From Thermodesulfobacteriota bacterium (GTDB lineage Bacteria > Desulfobacterota_D > UBA1144): a stretch of DNA of 64,000 nucleotides. Of the stretch, positions 41,696-51,011 are shown in pieces; within the stretch, counting starts at the first letter, position 1; each line of letters starts with the position of its first letter. The notes below the pieces were generated by a model. It had not been told where the DNA came from, made no database searches, and saw only the letters and a list, made by a program, of their open reading frames with translations. Both the position numbers and the translations under genes were made by a program. The stretch spans positions 1 through 64,000 of the forward strand of contig JAYYZJ010000008.1 in assembly GCA_036340075.1 (NCBI GenBank), given 5' to 3'.

Positions 41696-42859
41696 CTATT
41701 TATTTAAAATTGATTTTGCAATTACTTCGTGCTGAATTTCGCTGGTACCTTCGAAGATGCTTATTACTCTTCCATCTCTCCAGTATCGCTCTACTGGAAA
41801 TTCTTTAGAGTAACCATATCCTCCAAGTATTTGCATAGCCTCTCTTGTTATAAACTCTACAGCTTTAGCAGCTTTGACTTTTGCCATTCCAGCCTCTAAA
41901 TCACATCGTTTACCAGAATCTTTCATAGATGCAGCATAATAAACAAGCTGTCTAGCAGCTTCAAGTTCTACTGCCATTTCCGAGAGTTTCATTCTTATTG
42001 CTTGATGTTCGCATATTGGTTTTCCAAACTGCTCTCTTTCTTTTGAATATTGCAGAGCAAAATCAAAAGCAGCCTGAGAAACTCCTACGGCTCGTGCAGC
42101 AGTTTGCAATCTTGCTGACTCATAACTTACCATTAATTGATAAAAGCCTTTATTTTCTTCACCACTTAAGAGATTTTCGTCTGGAACAAAGACATCTTCA
42201 AAGGCAAGATTAAAAGATCTCATTCCGTGATAACCAACTGTAGGTATAGGCTCACCTTTAATATTAGGATGGTCAATTTTTTCACCAGGTTCTTTGTCGA
42301 CAAAGAATATACTTAATCCTTTATGTCGCTTACTTGCATCAGGATCAGTTCTAGCAAGGACTATCAAACAGTTTGAGCGATTTGCAAATGTGCACCATGC
42401 TTTTGCACCATTAAGCAAATACCCACCATCAGTTTTTGTAGCTTTCAATCTCATACTGGCCGAGTCTGAGCCAGAATCAGGTTCTGTAAAAGCCGCAGCA
42501 GGAAGTATTTGTCCAGTTGCAAGTCCAGGTAGATATTTTTTCTTTTGTTCTTCAGTTCCATGAGCCATTAACAATGTGCCCATTATTACTCCACGTGTCA
42601 TAACACTTCCTACACTAAGCCACCCTCTGCTTAGTTCTTCTGCAACTATCGACATAGTTATATTGTCTAATTCAAGACCATCATATTCTTCGGGAAAAAC
42701 TATACCGAAGTAACCTTGTTCTGCCATCTTCTGTATAATTTCAGTTGGTATTTCAGCATTTTTTGCATCTAGCTCTGAAGCTATAGGCTCTATTTCTTCT
42801 TCAGTGAATCTTCTGACAGCACTTCTAAATTCTTCATGATCTTTAGTTATTAAAGGCAT
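41696..42859 (-). CDS. mcd: Acyl-CoA dehydrogenase, probable (2S)-methylsuccinyl-CoA dehydrogenase
   Basis: EELSRGWLSVGS, FTEPDSGSD, GYHGM, ESARLQTAARAVGV, RCDLEAGMAK, IFEGTSEIQ resemble Mcd as I recall it; same operon as ecm. Confidence 0.7.
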   Translation of the reverse strand: MPLITKDHEEFRSAVRRFTEEEIEPIASELDAKNAEIPTEIIQKMAEQGYFGIVFPEEYDGLELDNITMSIVAEELSRGWLSVGSVMTRGVIMGTLLMAHGTEEQKKKYLPGLATGQILPAAAFTEPDSGSDSASMRLKATKTDGGYLLNGAKAWCTFANRSNCLIVLARTDPDASKRHKGLSIFFVDKEPGEKIDHPNIKGEPIPTVGYHGMRSFNLAFEDVFVPDENLLSGEENKGFYQLMVSYESARLQTAARAVGVSQAAFDFALQYSKEREQFGKPICEHQAIRMKLSEMAVELEAARQLVYYAASMKDSGKRCDLEAGMAKVKAAKAVEFITREAMQILGGYGYSKEFPVERYWRDGRVISIFEGTSEIQHEVIAKSILNK

Positions 42860-43003
42860 ATATCCTCCTAATTGGTAAAATATTTAAAAGGCAAAACTTT
42901 CAGTCTTTTATTATACATTGCAATTGCTCAAATAAAAGAAAAAAGAGTCCAAATAAGACATATTTAGTGTAAACTGATTTTAAAAAGGGAAACGGAGGCT
43001 ATT

Positions 43004-43471
43004 ATGGATTTTACTCACATAAATATAGAGCTAGAAACGGGCATTGTTAAGATTAAATTACGAACCGACCTCGCGCCAAACCACTGTAAAAGAATCGCAG
43101 AGCTAGCAGAAGAAGGTTTTTACAATGAAGTAGTTTTTCATAGGGTTATACCAAATTTTATGGCACAAACTGGGGATCCAACAGGAACTGGAACAGGTGG
43201 ATCTGACAAACCAGACTTAAAGGCGGAATTTAGCAGCGAAAACCATAAGAGAGGCACAGCCTCCATGGCAAGATCTCAAAGCGAGGATTCAGGAAATTCT
43301 CAATTTTTTATTTGTTTCCAGGATTGTTCATGGCTTGATGGTCAATATACAGTTTGGGGAGAAGTTGAAGAAGGAATGGAGTTTGTTGATGCAATTAAAA
43401 AGGGAACAGATGAAAGTGGAATTGTTGATACTCCTGATAAAATGATTAAAGTTACCCCCATTAAGGAATAA
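43004..43471 (+). CDS. Cyclophilin-type peptidyl-prolyl isomerase
   Basis: FHRVIPNFMAQTGDP, SMAR, NSQFFI, WLDGQYTVWG. Confidence 0.95.
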   Translation: MDFTHINIELETGIVKIKLRTDLAPNHCKRIAELAEEGFYNEVVFHRVIPNFMAQTGDPTGTGTGGSDKPDLKAEFSSENHKRGTASMARSQSEDSGNSQFFICFQDCSWLDGQYTVWGEVEEGMEFVDAIKKGTDESGIVDTPDKMIKVTPIKE

Positions 43472-43473
43472 TT

Positions 43474-44037
43474 ATGAATTTAAACAAGGTGCCTTTTATT
43501 AGAGACAACAAGTGGTTGCTTACTCCGGTTTTGTATGTGTCAGTTCTAGTACTATTTTCAGTTTTGTTTTTGTACAAGAATTCACAAAACAATTATGTCG
43601 ATTATGATGAAGATTCCATCTTAGGTATAGAGCTTCATATGCGATACCCTGAGATTAATGAAAAATTAAAATATAAATCAGATTCCAAAGAGTTTGCTTT
43701 AATCTCCCGAATACTTAATAAAAAAGATTTTCAATTAGCTAGAGATTCAGAATTATCACTATTGCAGAATGCAAATGTAGCAGGATTTTATGTTTTTAAT
43801 TCAGATTATAAAATGCTTGCGATTGGTTACATGTCTAATAATGGTGCAGACTGCAAGAAGCTTAGAGCTATAACAATTAGCAAATTAGGGAAACACGATA
43901 TGGCATCAAAAGACGATTCTTTAAGTGAAAAACTTTCGTGGAAATCGGAAATGAACAATTACACCTTTTTTAATCAATTTTCATCTCAAGGTGTTCAATT
44001 AGGAAGAATCTGTGGTTATATGATTTCTTCTAATTAG
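43474..44037 (+). CDS. Hypothetical membrane-anchored protein
   Basis: 187-aa ORF, one N-terminal TM helix, starts 2 nt after the cyclophilin gene. Confidence 0.6.
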   Translation: MNLNKVPFIRDNKWLLTPVLYVSVLVLFSVLFLYKNSQNNYVDYDEDSILGIELHMRYPEINEKLKYKSDSKEFALISRILNKKDFQLARDSELSLLQNANVAGFYVFNSDYKMLAIGYMSNNGADCKKLRAITISKLGKHDMASKDDSLSEKLSWKSEMNNYTFFNQFSSQGVQLGRICGYMISSN

Positions 44038-44231
44038 AGGTATTAATTTTCAAATATTTAGATTTTGAATCAATTCAAAATAATTATGAACAGCAAGAGA
44101 ATATCGAATTATTTCCTGAATCTCTTAACAATGAAAATTGTTTTTCTAGACATTTATTAATAAACAAATATCTATTTACAAAAAAAACAAAATATTTATT
44201 TTGGGCTATTGAATATGACTCGAACTCTCTT

Positions 44232-44792
44232 ATGGACCCGTTTGTTGTTGAAAGTGTTAATTGGTGGAAGGAAATATCTCAGACATCTAAGAGTAATTCT
44301 ACCAAAACGATAGCGCTTGTAATGTTACAAAATATCGGAATTGCTTTATCAAATTCGCGTGACACAACAAAAGATTATCATTATGACACTGGTTTTGTTC
44401 ATAGCTACAAAAATCCAGAAAACCCAATTATTACTTTTGAAGTTCATCCACCTAGAAGATGTTTTAGATTGATAGAAAATTTTGAAAACATAATTAAAGA
44501 GATTGGAATAATGCAAACAAAAGAAAAAGATATGGAATCACAAATTAAAAATAAGTACAAAATAAAAGATATTAATATAAACTTTTCTAATCCATTATTG
44601 ATCGCTGCCCAAATTATTTCTCAAGTTCATAATGGAATTAAAAAAAATCTCAATGAAAAAAATGAATTATATTTGTCTCCACCATTAGCAGAAGAAATCT
44701 ACTCAGACGCATTAAGATTTACAAAGAATTTGAATTATATAGTCGATACTTTTCAGGAGGTTGATTACTGGGATCCTGACAAGAAGAGGTAA
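44232..44792 (+). CDS. Hypothetical protein (true start may be a non-AUG codon near 44046)
   Basis: 186-aa ORF; the frame stays open upstream to 44034. Confidence 0.6.
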   Translation: MDPFVVESVNWWKEISQTSKSNSTKTIALVMLQNIGIALSNSRDTTKDYHYDTGFVHSYKNPENPIITFEVHPPRRCFRLIENFENIIKEIGIMQTKEKDMESQIKNKYKIKDININFSNPLLIAAQIISQVHNGIKKNLNEKNELYLSPPLAEEIYSDALRFTKNLNYIVDTFQEVDYWDPDKKR

Positions 44793-45349
44793 ACACTTTT
44801 CTTGAATTTGTCGATTCCAAAATATATTCCAGTGCTAATCAAAAATAGCAGCACTCTTCTACTTATTCGTAGAGAAGTAAAGTAAGTTACAAAGAATATA
44901 TACTGACAGGCAAACATCCATACCATTAATACGAGAAGCGTAGAATAATAAAAAACTTTGTAGGAAGTTGGATTTGAAACGGGGTCGTTCCAGTTAGTTG
45001 AAACAGATAAAAGTATTATTATCACTGATCCAATAATTACAGGAGATAGGGTATAGCTATATCCTTTAAATATTGCACCAAATGTACATTGTCTGGCGGA
45101 GCATCCAACAACTCTAGATATTAGAGCGACTACAAAGCAGGTTAATATGATTTCAAAAAAATAAAAAATAAAACTAAAATTACTTAAAGCGTATTTCGAA
45201 TCAAAACAGTAATAAGCAATATCATCAAGAAATGTTGCCAACAGGACTATAAGTAAAGCCCTTTTTCCGGGTATATAATGTCTATTGAGCGAAGCTGCCA
45301 TATAGACTTTATTAGAAAAAAAGAAAGATGCAAGCAAATTTAAAAACAT
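44765..45349 (-). CDS. Hypothetical multi-pass membrane protein (Yip1-like hydropathy)
   Basis: About five hydrophobic segments; GYSYTLSP. Confidence 0.55.
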   Translation of the reverse strand: MFLNLLASFFFSNKVYMAASLNRHYIPGKRALLIVLLATFLDDIAYYCFDSKYALSNFSFIFYFFEIILTCFVVALISRVVGCSARQCTFGAIFKGYSYTLSPVIIGSVIIILLSVSTNWNDPVSNPTSYKVFYYSTLLVLMVWMFACQYIFFVTYFTSLRISRRVLLFLISTGIYFGIDKFKKSVYLFLSGSQ

Positions 45350-45537
45350 AATACTAATATTATTTAAAGCTTTTGCGCTAAAATATCCCCTTCACAAAAT
45401 TTTAACATAATATTAGAATGAAAATCCTCATTTATTTCGATATCTTGTATTTAGATATAAATATTGTAATATCACATCAAACTGGTTGTTCCATACTATT
45501 CTTATGGATTTGAATTGAAAAGGAGCCACACGCACTA

Positions 45538-46512
45538 ATGATTACAGCTGAAAATGAGAAAAAAGTTAAGCTTAAAAAGCAGATTACACAAATCTTAGGA
45601 TGGGTGATAAGTGCAGTAGCCCTATATTTCGTATATCACTATGTAGTTCAAATAGATTTAGAAGCAGCAAAGGCAAAATTAAATATTTATTGGATTCCTT
45701 TTGTACTTGTTTTTATAGCAATTTATGTCTGTTTAATGTCTTTTCTTGCAAACGGATGGAGGTACGTACTAGAGCTATTACATGGATCCCCATTGCCAAA
45801 ATGGAGATTTATTGGCATTTACACTAAAACTCAAATTTACAAATATATTCCGTCAAACTTAATGCATGTTATTGCTAGAATATATTTTGCAACAAAGTTA
45901 GGACCTTCGAAAAGAAATGTGGTGCAGAGCTATTTCTTAGAAATTGTATTTATGGTATTAATTGGATTGTTAATTGTTGGCACCTGTACTTACGCTGGTG
46001 TTTTTTCTGTATCTGATGAATTAATAGTAAAAATTAAAGAGTTCTCAGGTGGGAAGCTCAAAGGTTTTTCTTTAGGAATTTTAGGTTTTGGAGCAATTGC
46101 AATAGGGTTTTATTTATATAAAGCTTTTAGAAATTTTGATACTTCTTTTAGTTCTGAGAATTTATTAAAAATTGGAAAACTTATCTTATTGCTCCTTGGT
46201 TTTTTTGCTGGTATGGGACTAGTAGAATATATAGTTTTTGCAAACTTACTAGGAATGGATGTGGGATACTTTTATATCCTTGCACTTTTTACTATTACAT
46301 GGTTGGGAATGTTTATAATTCCTGGGGCTCCAGGCGGAATAGGAATTAGAGAATTCATAGTTATAACCTTGCTCGCTCCAATTTATGGACCTGATGATCC
46401 AACTATAGGAATACTAGTATTTCGAGTTGTTACGGTTGTAGGAGATGCATTACTACTTCCTATTGGTAACATTTTTCTGCCTGAAGATATTTCTGAGGCA
46501 AAAGAAGTATAA
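45538..46512 (+). CDS. UPF0104 / lysylphosphatidylglycerol synthase TM-domain (flippase-like) protein
   Basis: KYIP, PGAPGGIGIRE, ILVFRVVT; many TM helices; AAGGAG RBS. Confidence 0.8.
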   Translation: MITAENEKKVKLKKQITQILGWVISAVALYFVYHYVVQIDLEAAKAKLNIYWIPFVLVFIAIYVCLMSFLANGWRYVLELLHGSPLPKWRFIGIYTKTQIYKYIPSNLMHVIARIYFATKLGPSKRNVVQSYFLEIVFMVLIGLLIVGTCTYAGVFSVSDELIVKIKEFSGGKLKGFSLGILGFGAIAIGFYLYKAFRNFDTSFSSENLLKIGKLILLLLGFFAGMGLVEYIVFANLLGMDVGYFYILALFTITWLGMFIIPGAPGGIGIREFIVITLLAPIYGPDDPTIGILVFRVVTVVGDALLLPIGNIFLPEDISEAKEV

Positions 46513-46516
46513 ATAT

Positions 46517-46544
46517 TTGACTTTTTTTCAAGATAGATTATATT
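46517..46544 (+). promoter_or_regulatory. Sigma70-type promoter with no downstream + strand ORF
   Basis: TTGACT (46517-22), 16-nt spacer, TATATT (46539-44). Confidence 0.45.
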
Positions 46545-46547
46545 AAT

Positions 46548-46638
46548 GGCAGTAGGTTGAGTTAGAGACAAAGTGTTTGTCTCACGAAGAAAGCTAAGAG
46601 ATTAGCACTAAAACTCAATCTTTTTTTTCGCCTTTTTT
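46548..46638 (+). ncRNA. Candidate structured small RNA (three-way junction followed by U tracts), family not recognised
   Basis: P1 46554-63/46612-21; P2 GAGACAAA/TTTGTCTC; P3 GCTAA-GAGA-TTAGC; T8 from 46621. Confidence 0.55.
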
Positions 46639-46640
46639 CC

Positions 46641-47240
46641 TTAAACATTATGTAGACCACATTCACGTTTCTCATCAACTTTTGTTGGATCAAAATAATC
46701 GTATTCATTTACTAGATTGTTTTCCTTCATATATTGATCTAAATCTTTATCTGACCAATTATAAAATGGACTTAGTTTTAATAATCCCTCCTCCGTTTTA
46801 CTTAGGATATCTATAGAATCCCTAAAACTAGTTTGACCTTTTCTTAAATTAGTAATCCACAAATCAGGCTTAATTTCAGACATGGCTCTTTTAAAGGGTT
46901 CCAATTTAACTTGTTCAGTAAAGATTTCGTGCAATGGATTTTCAATTCCTGGTATTTCTCCTACAAATTTTTCTTTAGGTTTGTATATATTTATATTTAA
47001 TTTTAATTCGGAAATTATTTTTTCAGCATATTCATAAGTTGCTTTTGTATTGTACCCAGTATCGCACCATATTACTTTTAGATCCTCTTTGATTTGAACA
47101 CATAAATGCAATATCACTATTTCATATGGTCGAAAATTAGTAGTGAGTATCGGATTTGCGGAATCTTTTAAACCCCATTCTACTATCTCAGAGGGGGATT
47201 TTTTTTCAAGGCTTTGATTTAAAGAGTCTATTTCTATCAT
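46641..47240 (-). CDS. cysH: (Phospho)adenosine phosphosulfate reductase
   Basis: WCDTGY, KLEPF, LSPFYNWS, C-terminal ECGLH; no CC/CxxC Fe-S motif. Confidence 0.92.
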   Translation of the reverse strand: MIEIDSLNQSLEKKSPSEIVEWGLKDSANPILTTNFRPYEIVILHLCVQIKEDLKVIWCDTGYNTKATYEYAEKIISELKLNINIYKPKEKFVGEIPGIENPLHEIFTEQVKLEPFKRAMSEIKPDLWITNLRKGQTSFRDSIDILSKTEEGLLKLSPFYNWSDKDLDQYMKENNLVNEYDYFDPTKVDEKRECGLHNV

Positions 47241-47258
47241 TTTGTTTTTATTTTAAGT

Positions 47259-48233
47259 CTACCTTAATAATGAATTAGCTATTATATAAGATAATACAAC
47301 ACAACCTATTGGAGCCACAATCCAGAAGCTTAAAATGTTGGAAACACTAGTATTTTTAAGAGTTCTTGAAAAACCGGTGCTAGCACAAGAAAATCCAATA
47401 ATCCCAGCTGTAACTATTTCGGCCAATGATATAGGTATTCCATAAAAAGATGCAAGGCAAAGCAACAATCCACCAGTTAAATGAACTGAAATCGCTCTAA
47501 TTAAACAGATATCAGTTATTTCTTTAGCAACTGTTTCAAGAATTCTCCCTCCAAAAAAGAATGCACCGAGTGCCATAAAAAGGCCAGCGAGCAAAGCACC
47601 GTCTTTAGCATTAATTAAATCAATTGCAACAATTGGACCGGCAGCATTTGCCGAATTATTTGATCCAGCAAAGAATGCGATAAAACAACCAGACGTTATT
47701 AGCGAAAATTTTAAAATTTTATTAATCTTCTCTTCATTCTTATGTGAAGCAAGATAATTAATAATTTTTATATATAAATGTTTGCCGATTAAGTAATTGG
47801 TTAGCCAGAGTATTGCAGGAGTAAGAATCCACCAAATTACAATTTCTACTACTTTCTGTGAATTAATTTCTTTTAAAGCTAAACCTATCCCCATAATGGT
47901 ACAAACAACAATATGAGTTGTTGCAATAGGTATCTTCAATATATTGGCAATTAATATTGACAATACCGGTAGACCTAGAATTAGAAAGATAAATTTTGTC
48001 CCGAATTCATGAGTTGATAAATCGACCGAGACTATCTCTTTTCCTACAGTATGAACTACTTTTTCTCCACCAAATGCAGCTCCTAAAAAAACAAAAACAA
48101 ATATTAATGATACAGATGCAAGCTTTGATAACGAATTAGATCCGTAAGCAGTTGCCATTGATGCTCCTGCGTTATTGGCTCCAATATTAAAAGAAAGAGC
48201 GAGAGCAAGCAGAGATATTATAAAAGTTTCCAT
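47259..48233 (-). CDS. PiT-family anion permease, probable sulfate permease CysP
   Basis: Two PiT signature repeats, NIGANNAG and GSNNSANA; located in the cys cluster. Confidence 0.8.
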   Translation of the reverse strand: METFIISLLALALSFNIGANNAGASMATAYGSNSLSKLASVSLIFVFVFLGAAFGGEKVVHTVGKEIVSVDLSTHEFGTKFIFLILGLPVLSILIANILKIPIATTHIVVCTIMGIGLALKEINSQKVVEIVIWWILTPAILWLTNYLIGKHLYIKIINYLASHKNEEKINKILKFSLITSGCFIAFFAGSNNSANAAGPIVAIDLINAKDGALLAGLFMALGAFFFGGRILETVAKEITDICLIRAISVHLTGGLLLCLASFYGIPISLAEIVTAGIIGFSCASTGFSRTLKNTSVSNILSFWIVAPIGCVVLSYIIANSLLR

Positions 48234-48424
48234 AATTAATCAAAAGGAAAATATACATCTTTTAGATTATTTTTAAATAAAAATAAGAAAATTTATTCAG
48301 ATTTACTTGAAAATTAATCAAATCTCATGTTTTCTTATATATAAATAGCTTAAGAACCCTAAAAATCTCATTTTTTGAGTTTTTACTGGGTTTTTATAAA
48401 AAATTTAATTTAGGATTTTATTAT

Positions 48425-50131
48425 ATGTCAGAATCAAAAGAAGTTAAAAAAGTACGAAACGAATTCATTAAAGAAGAGAGCGATGGCCTTCGAGGTTCGA
48501 TTCATGAAGAAATACAAGATAAAACAACTGATAAGTTCAATAAAGATAATATTCAGGTCTTAAAATTCCACGGTATATATCAACAAGAAGATAGAGATAG
48601 AAGAAAAGAGCTAAAGGAGCAAGGCTTAGATCGAGAATATAGTTTCATGATAAGGACAAAAAATCCAGGCGGAGGAAATATTACACCAAAGCAGTGGGAA
48701 ATATTAAATAGAATTAGTGATGAATGGGCAAATAAAACTTTAAGAATTACTACAAGAGAGTGTTTTCAATTTCATGGAGTTGGAAAAACAAATTTATGGA
48801 ATACTTTGAATTTCTTAAATTCAAATCTAATTTCAAGCTACGGAGCATGTGGAGATATAGTAAGAAATACAGTAGCTTCCCCTATTGCGGATATAAGGCA
48901 AGATTTTACTTATGATGCACAATCTATGGCTGTAGAAATCGACAAAGCCACGCTGGCTAAATCCAAAGGTTATTATGAGATTTGGGTAGATGGAGAAAAA
49001 GTTACAACAAAATTAAATAGAGAAAAAATTGAGAATGATGATTTGTATGGTGAAACATATCTTCCAAGAAAGTTCAAAATAGGAGTAGGTCACCAATTTG
49101 ATAATTCAATTGATATTTATACTCAAGATATTGGAATAATGCCCGTTTTTAATGGGCAATTGATGGGTTTCAATATCTTGGTTGGTGGAGGATTAGGAAG
49201 TCATCACAGACAAAGTCAAACTTTCCCCAGATTAGCAGATGAATTAGGAATGTGTAATGAAGAAGATGTTGTTAAAGTTGTAAGACAGATTGTAGAGATT
49301 CAAAGAGATTATGGCTGTAGGACTAATAGAAAGAGAGCAAGAATGAAATATTTGCTGGATGAATGGGGAGTTGAAAAATTCAGAGGCGAACTTGAATCTA
49401 GACTTGGTTTTAAATTATCCGATTATCACAAAGTAAAGATCAATTCCATTGATGATTACTATGGTTGGCACGAACAAAAAGACAAAGGAAAATTTTTCTG
49501 TGGTATTTTTGTAGAAAATGGAAGAATTAAAGATAAAGATTCTGTTTTACTAAAGACAGGTTTAGCAAGAATTATTTCCCATTTTAATATAGAATCACGC
49601 TTAACGGCTACTCAAGATTTAATTCTTGTAAATATAAATGAGCCAGACATAGAAAAAATTAATCAAATGTTTGATGAGTTTAATATAGACATTCATAAGA
49701 GTTTTTCTATAATGAGAAAAGCTTCAATGGCATGTCCTGCATTACCAACATGTAGCTTAGCCATGGCTGAATCTGAAAGATACTTGCCTACATTGATGGA
49801 TGATTTAGAAAAAAGGGGATATGGAAACGAAAGAATAAAGATTCGTATGAGCGGATGCCCTAATTCATGTTCTCGTCCTCCAGTATCAGAAATTGGATTA
49901 ATTGGAGCAACAACAGGAAAATACAATATTTACTTGGGCGGAGATTTTTATGGTACGAGATTAAATCGTCTATTCTTAGAGTTAGTTGAAGATTCTGAAT
50001 TAGCAAATACTATTTCAAAATTAATTGATTTTTGGAAAGAAAACAAAAAAGATGAATTAGAAACATTCGGAGACTTCTGTAATGACCAAGACTTTAATAA
50101 ACTTAAAGAAGTAGTTGGTAGAGATGTCTAA
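48425..50131 (+). CDS. cysI: Siroheme sulfite reductase hemoprotein (CysI/Sir)
   Basis: LKFHGIYQQEDRD, LRITTR, CGDIVRN, YLPRKFK, ACPALPTC, SGCPNSC. Confidence 0.93.
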   Translation: MSESKEVKKVRNEFIKEESDGLRGSIHEEIQDKTTDKFNKDNIQVLKFHGIYQQEDRDRRKELKEQGLDREYSFMIRTKNPGGGNITPKQWEILNRISDEWANKTLRITTRECFQFHGVGKTNLWNTLNFLNSNLISSYGACGDIVRNTVASPIADIRQDFTYDAQSMAVEIDKATLAKSKGYYEIWVDGEKVTTKLNREKIENDDLYGETYLPRKFKIGVGHQFDNSIDIYTQDIGIMPVFNGQLMGFNILVGGGLGSHHRQSQTFPRLADELGMCNEEDVVKVVRQIVEIQRDYGCRTNRKRARMKYLLDEWGVEKFRGELESRLGFKLSDYHKVKINSIDDYYGWHEQKDKGKFFCGIFVENGRIKDKDSVLLKTGLARIISHFNIESRLTATQDLILVNINEPDIEKINQMFDEFNIDIHKSFSIMRKASMACPALPTCSLAMAESERYLPTLMDDLEKRGYGNERIKIRMSGCPNSCSRPPVSEIGLIGATTGKYNIYLGGDFYGTRLNRLFLELVEDSELANTISKLIDFWKENKKDELETFGDFCNDQDFNKLKEVVGRDV

Positions 50132-51011
50132 AACAAAATCTTTAAAAGAACTAGAAAATGAATCAATTTTTATTTTACGAGAAGTTGTTGCGGAATTTAA
50201 CAATCCTGTAATGCTTTATTCTGTAGGTAAAGATTCTAGCGTAATGCTACATTTAGCACAAAAAGCATTTTATCCTTCAAAAATCCCTTTTCCATTATTA
50301 CATATTGATACTGGTTACAAATTTAGAGAGATGTATGAATTTAGAGATACTTTTACAAAAGAAATTGGAGCCGAATTGCTCGTTTATAGGAACGAAGAAG
50401 CAATTTCAAATGGAGCACATCCTGACAAGCTTGGAGTTGCTAAATGCTGTGGAGCATTAAAAACCAAAGCTTTGTTGGATGCTCTAGACAAATACAGTTT
50501 TGATGCTGCTATTGGAGGAGCTCGAAGAGACGAAGAAAGATCAAGAGCAAAGGAGCGAGTGTTCTCTTTCAGAGATTCTTTTGGACAGTGGAACCCTAAA
50601 ACTCAGAGACCAGAGCTATGGAGTATATTTAATGCAAATATAGATGAAGGAGAGTCGGTTAGAGTTTTTCCTTTATCCAGTTGGACCGAGGCTGATATTT
50701 GGAACTACATAAAAGAAGAAGGAATAAAGATAGTCCCACTTTATTTTTCAAAAAAACGAAAAGTTATTAGGAGCGGAAAAAATTTAATTCCAATCTCGGA
50801 TTCTGACAACAATAAGGAAGCCGAAGAGATGTTGACAAGATTTAGATCACTAGGGTGTTCGCCATGCACAGGTGCAATTCAGTCAGATGCTAGTAATATT
50901 GAAATGATAGTTCAAGAAGCTGTTTCAGCAACTAGAAGCGAAAGAGAAAACAGAATAATAGATCATGGTACAAACACTATGGAAGACAAGAAAAAAGAAG
51001 GATATTTCTAA
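50124..51011 (+). CDS. cysD: Sulfate adenylyltransferase subunit 2
   Basis: YSVGKDS, HIDTGYKF, GGARRDEERSRAKER, C-terminal KKKEGYF; ATG at 50124 preferred. Confidence 0.97.
   Translation: MSKTKSLKELENESIFILREVVAEFNNPVMLYSVGKDSSVMLHLAQKAFYPSKIPFPLLHIDTGYKFREMYEFRDTFTKEIGAELLVYRNEEAISNGAHPDKLGVAKCCGALKTKALLDALDKYSFDAAIGGARRDEERSRAKERVFSFRDSFGQWNPKTQRPELWSIFNANIDEGESVRVFPLSSWTEADIWNYIKEEGIKIVPLYFSKKRKVIRSGKNLIPISDSDNNKEAEEMLTRFRSLGCSPCTGAIQSDASNIEMIVQEAVSATRSERENRIIDHGTNTMEDKKKEGYF

Noticed and set aside
43474..46512. Genomic island or prophage remnant (run of hypothetical genes)
   Set aside because: No integrase, tRNA, att repeats, phage or defence motifs, and no obvious compositional shift by eye.
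46590..46613. AAAGCT...AGCACTAAAA resembles the 3' half of a SAM-V riboswitch
   Set aside because: The 5' UUUGAAC/GUAUUG pseudoknot elements are absent and no same-strand gene follows. Kept only as an unclassified RNA.
46554..46621. Hammerhead ribozyme or tRNA reading of the three-way junction
   Set aside because: No CUGANGA core on either strand; no cloverleaf, T-loop or CCA end.
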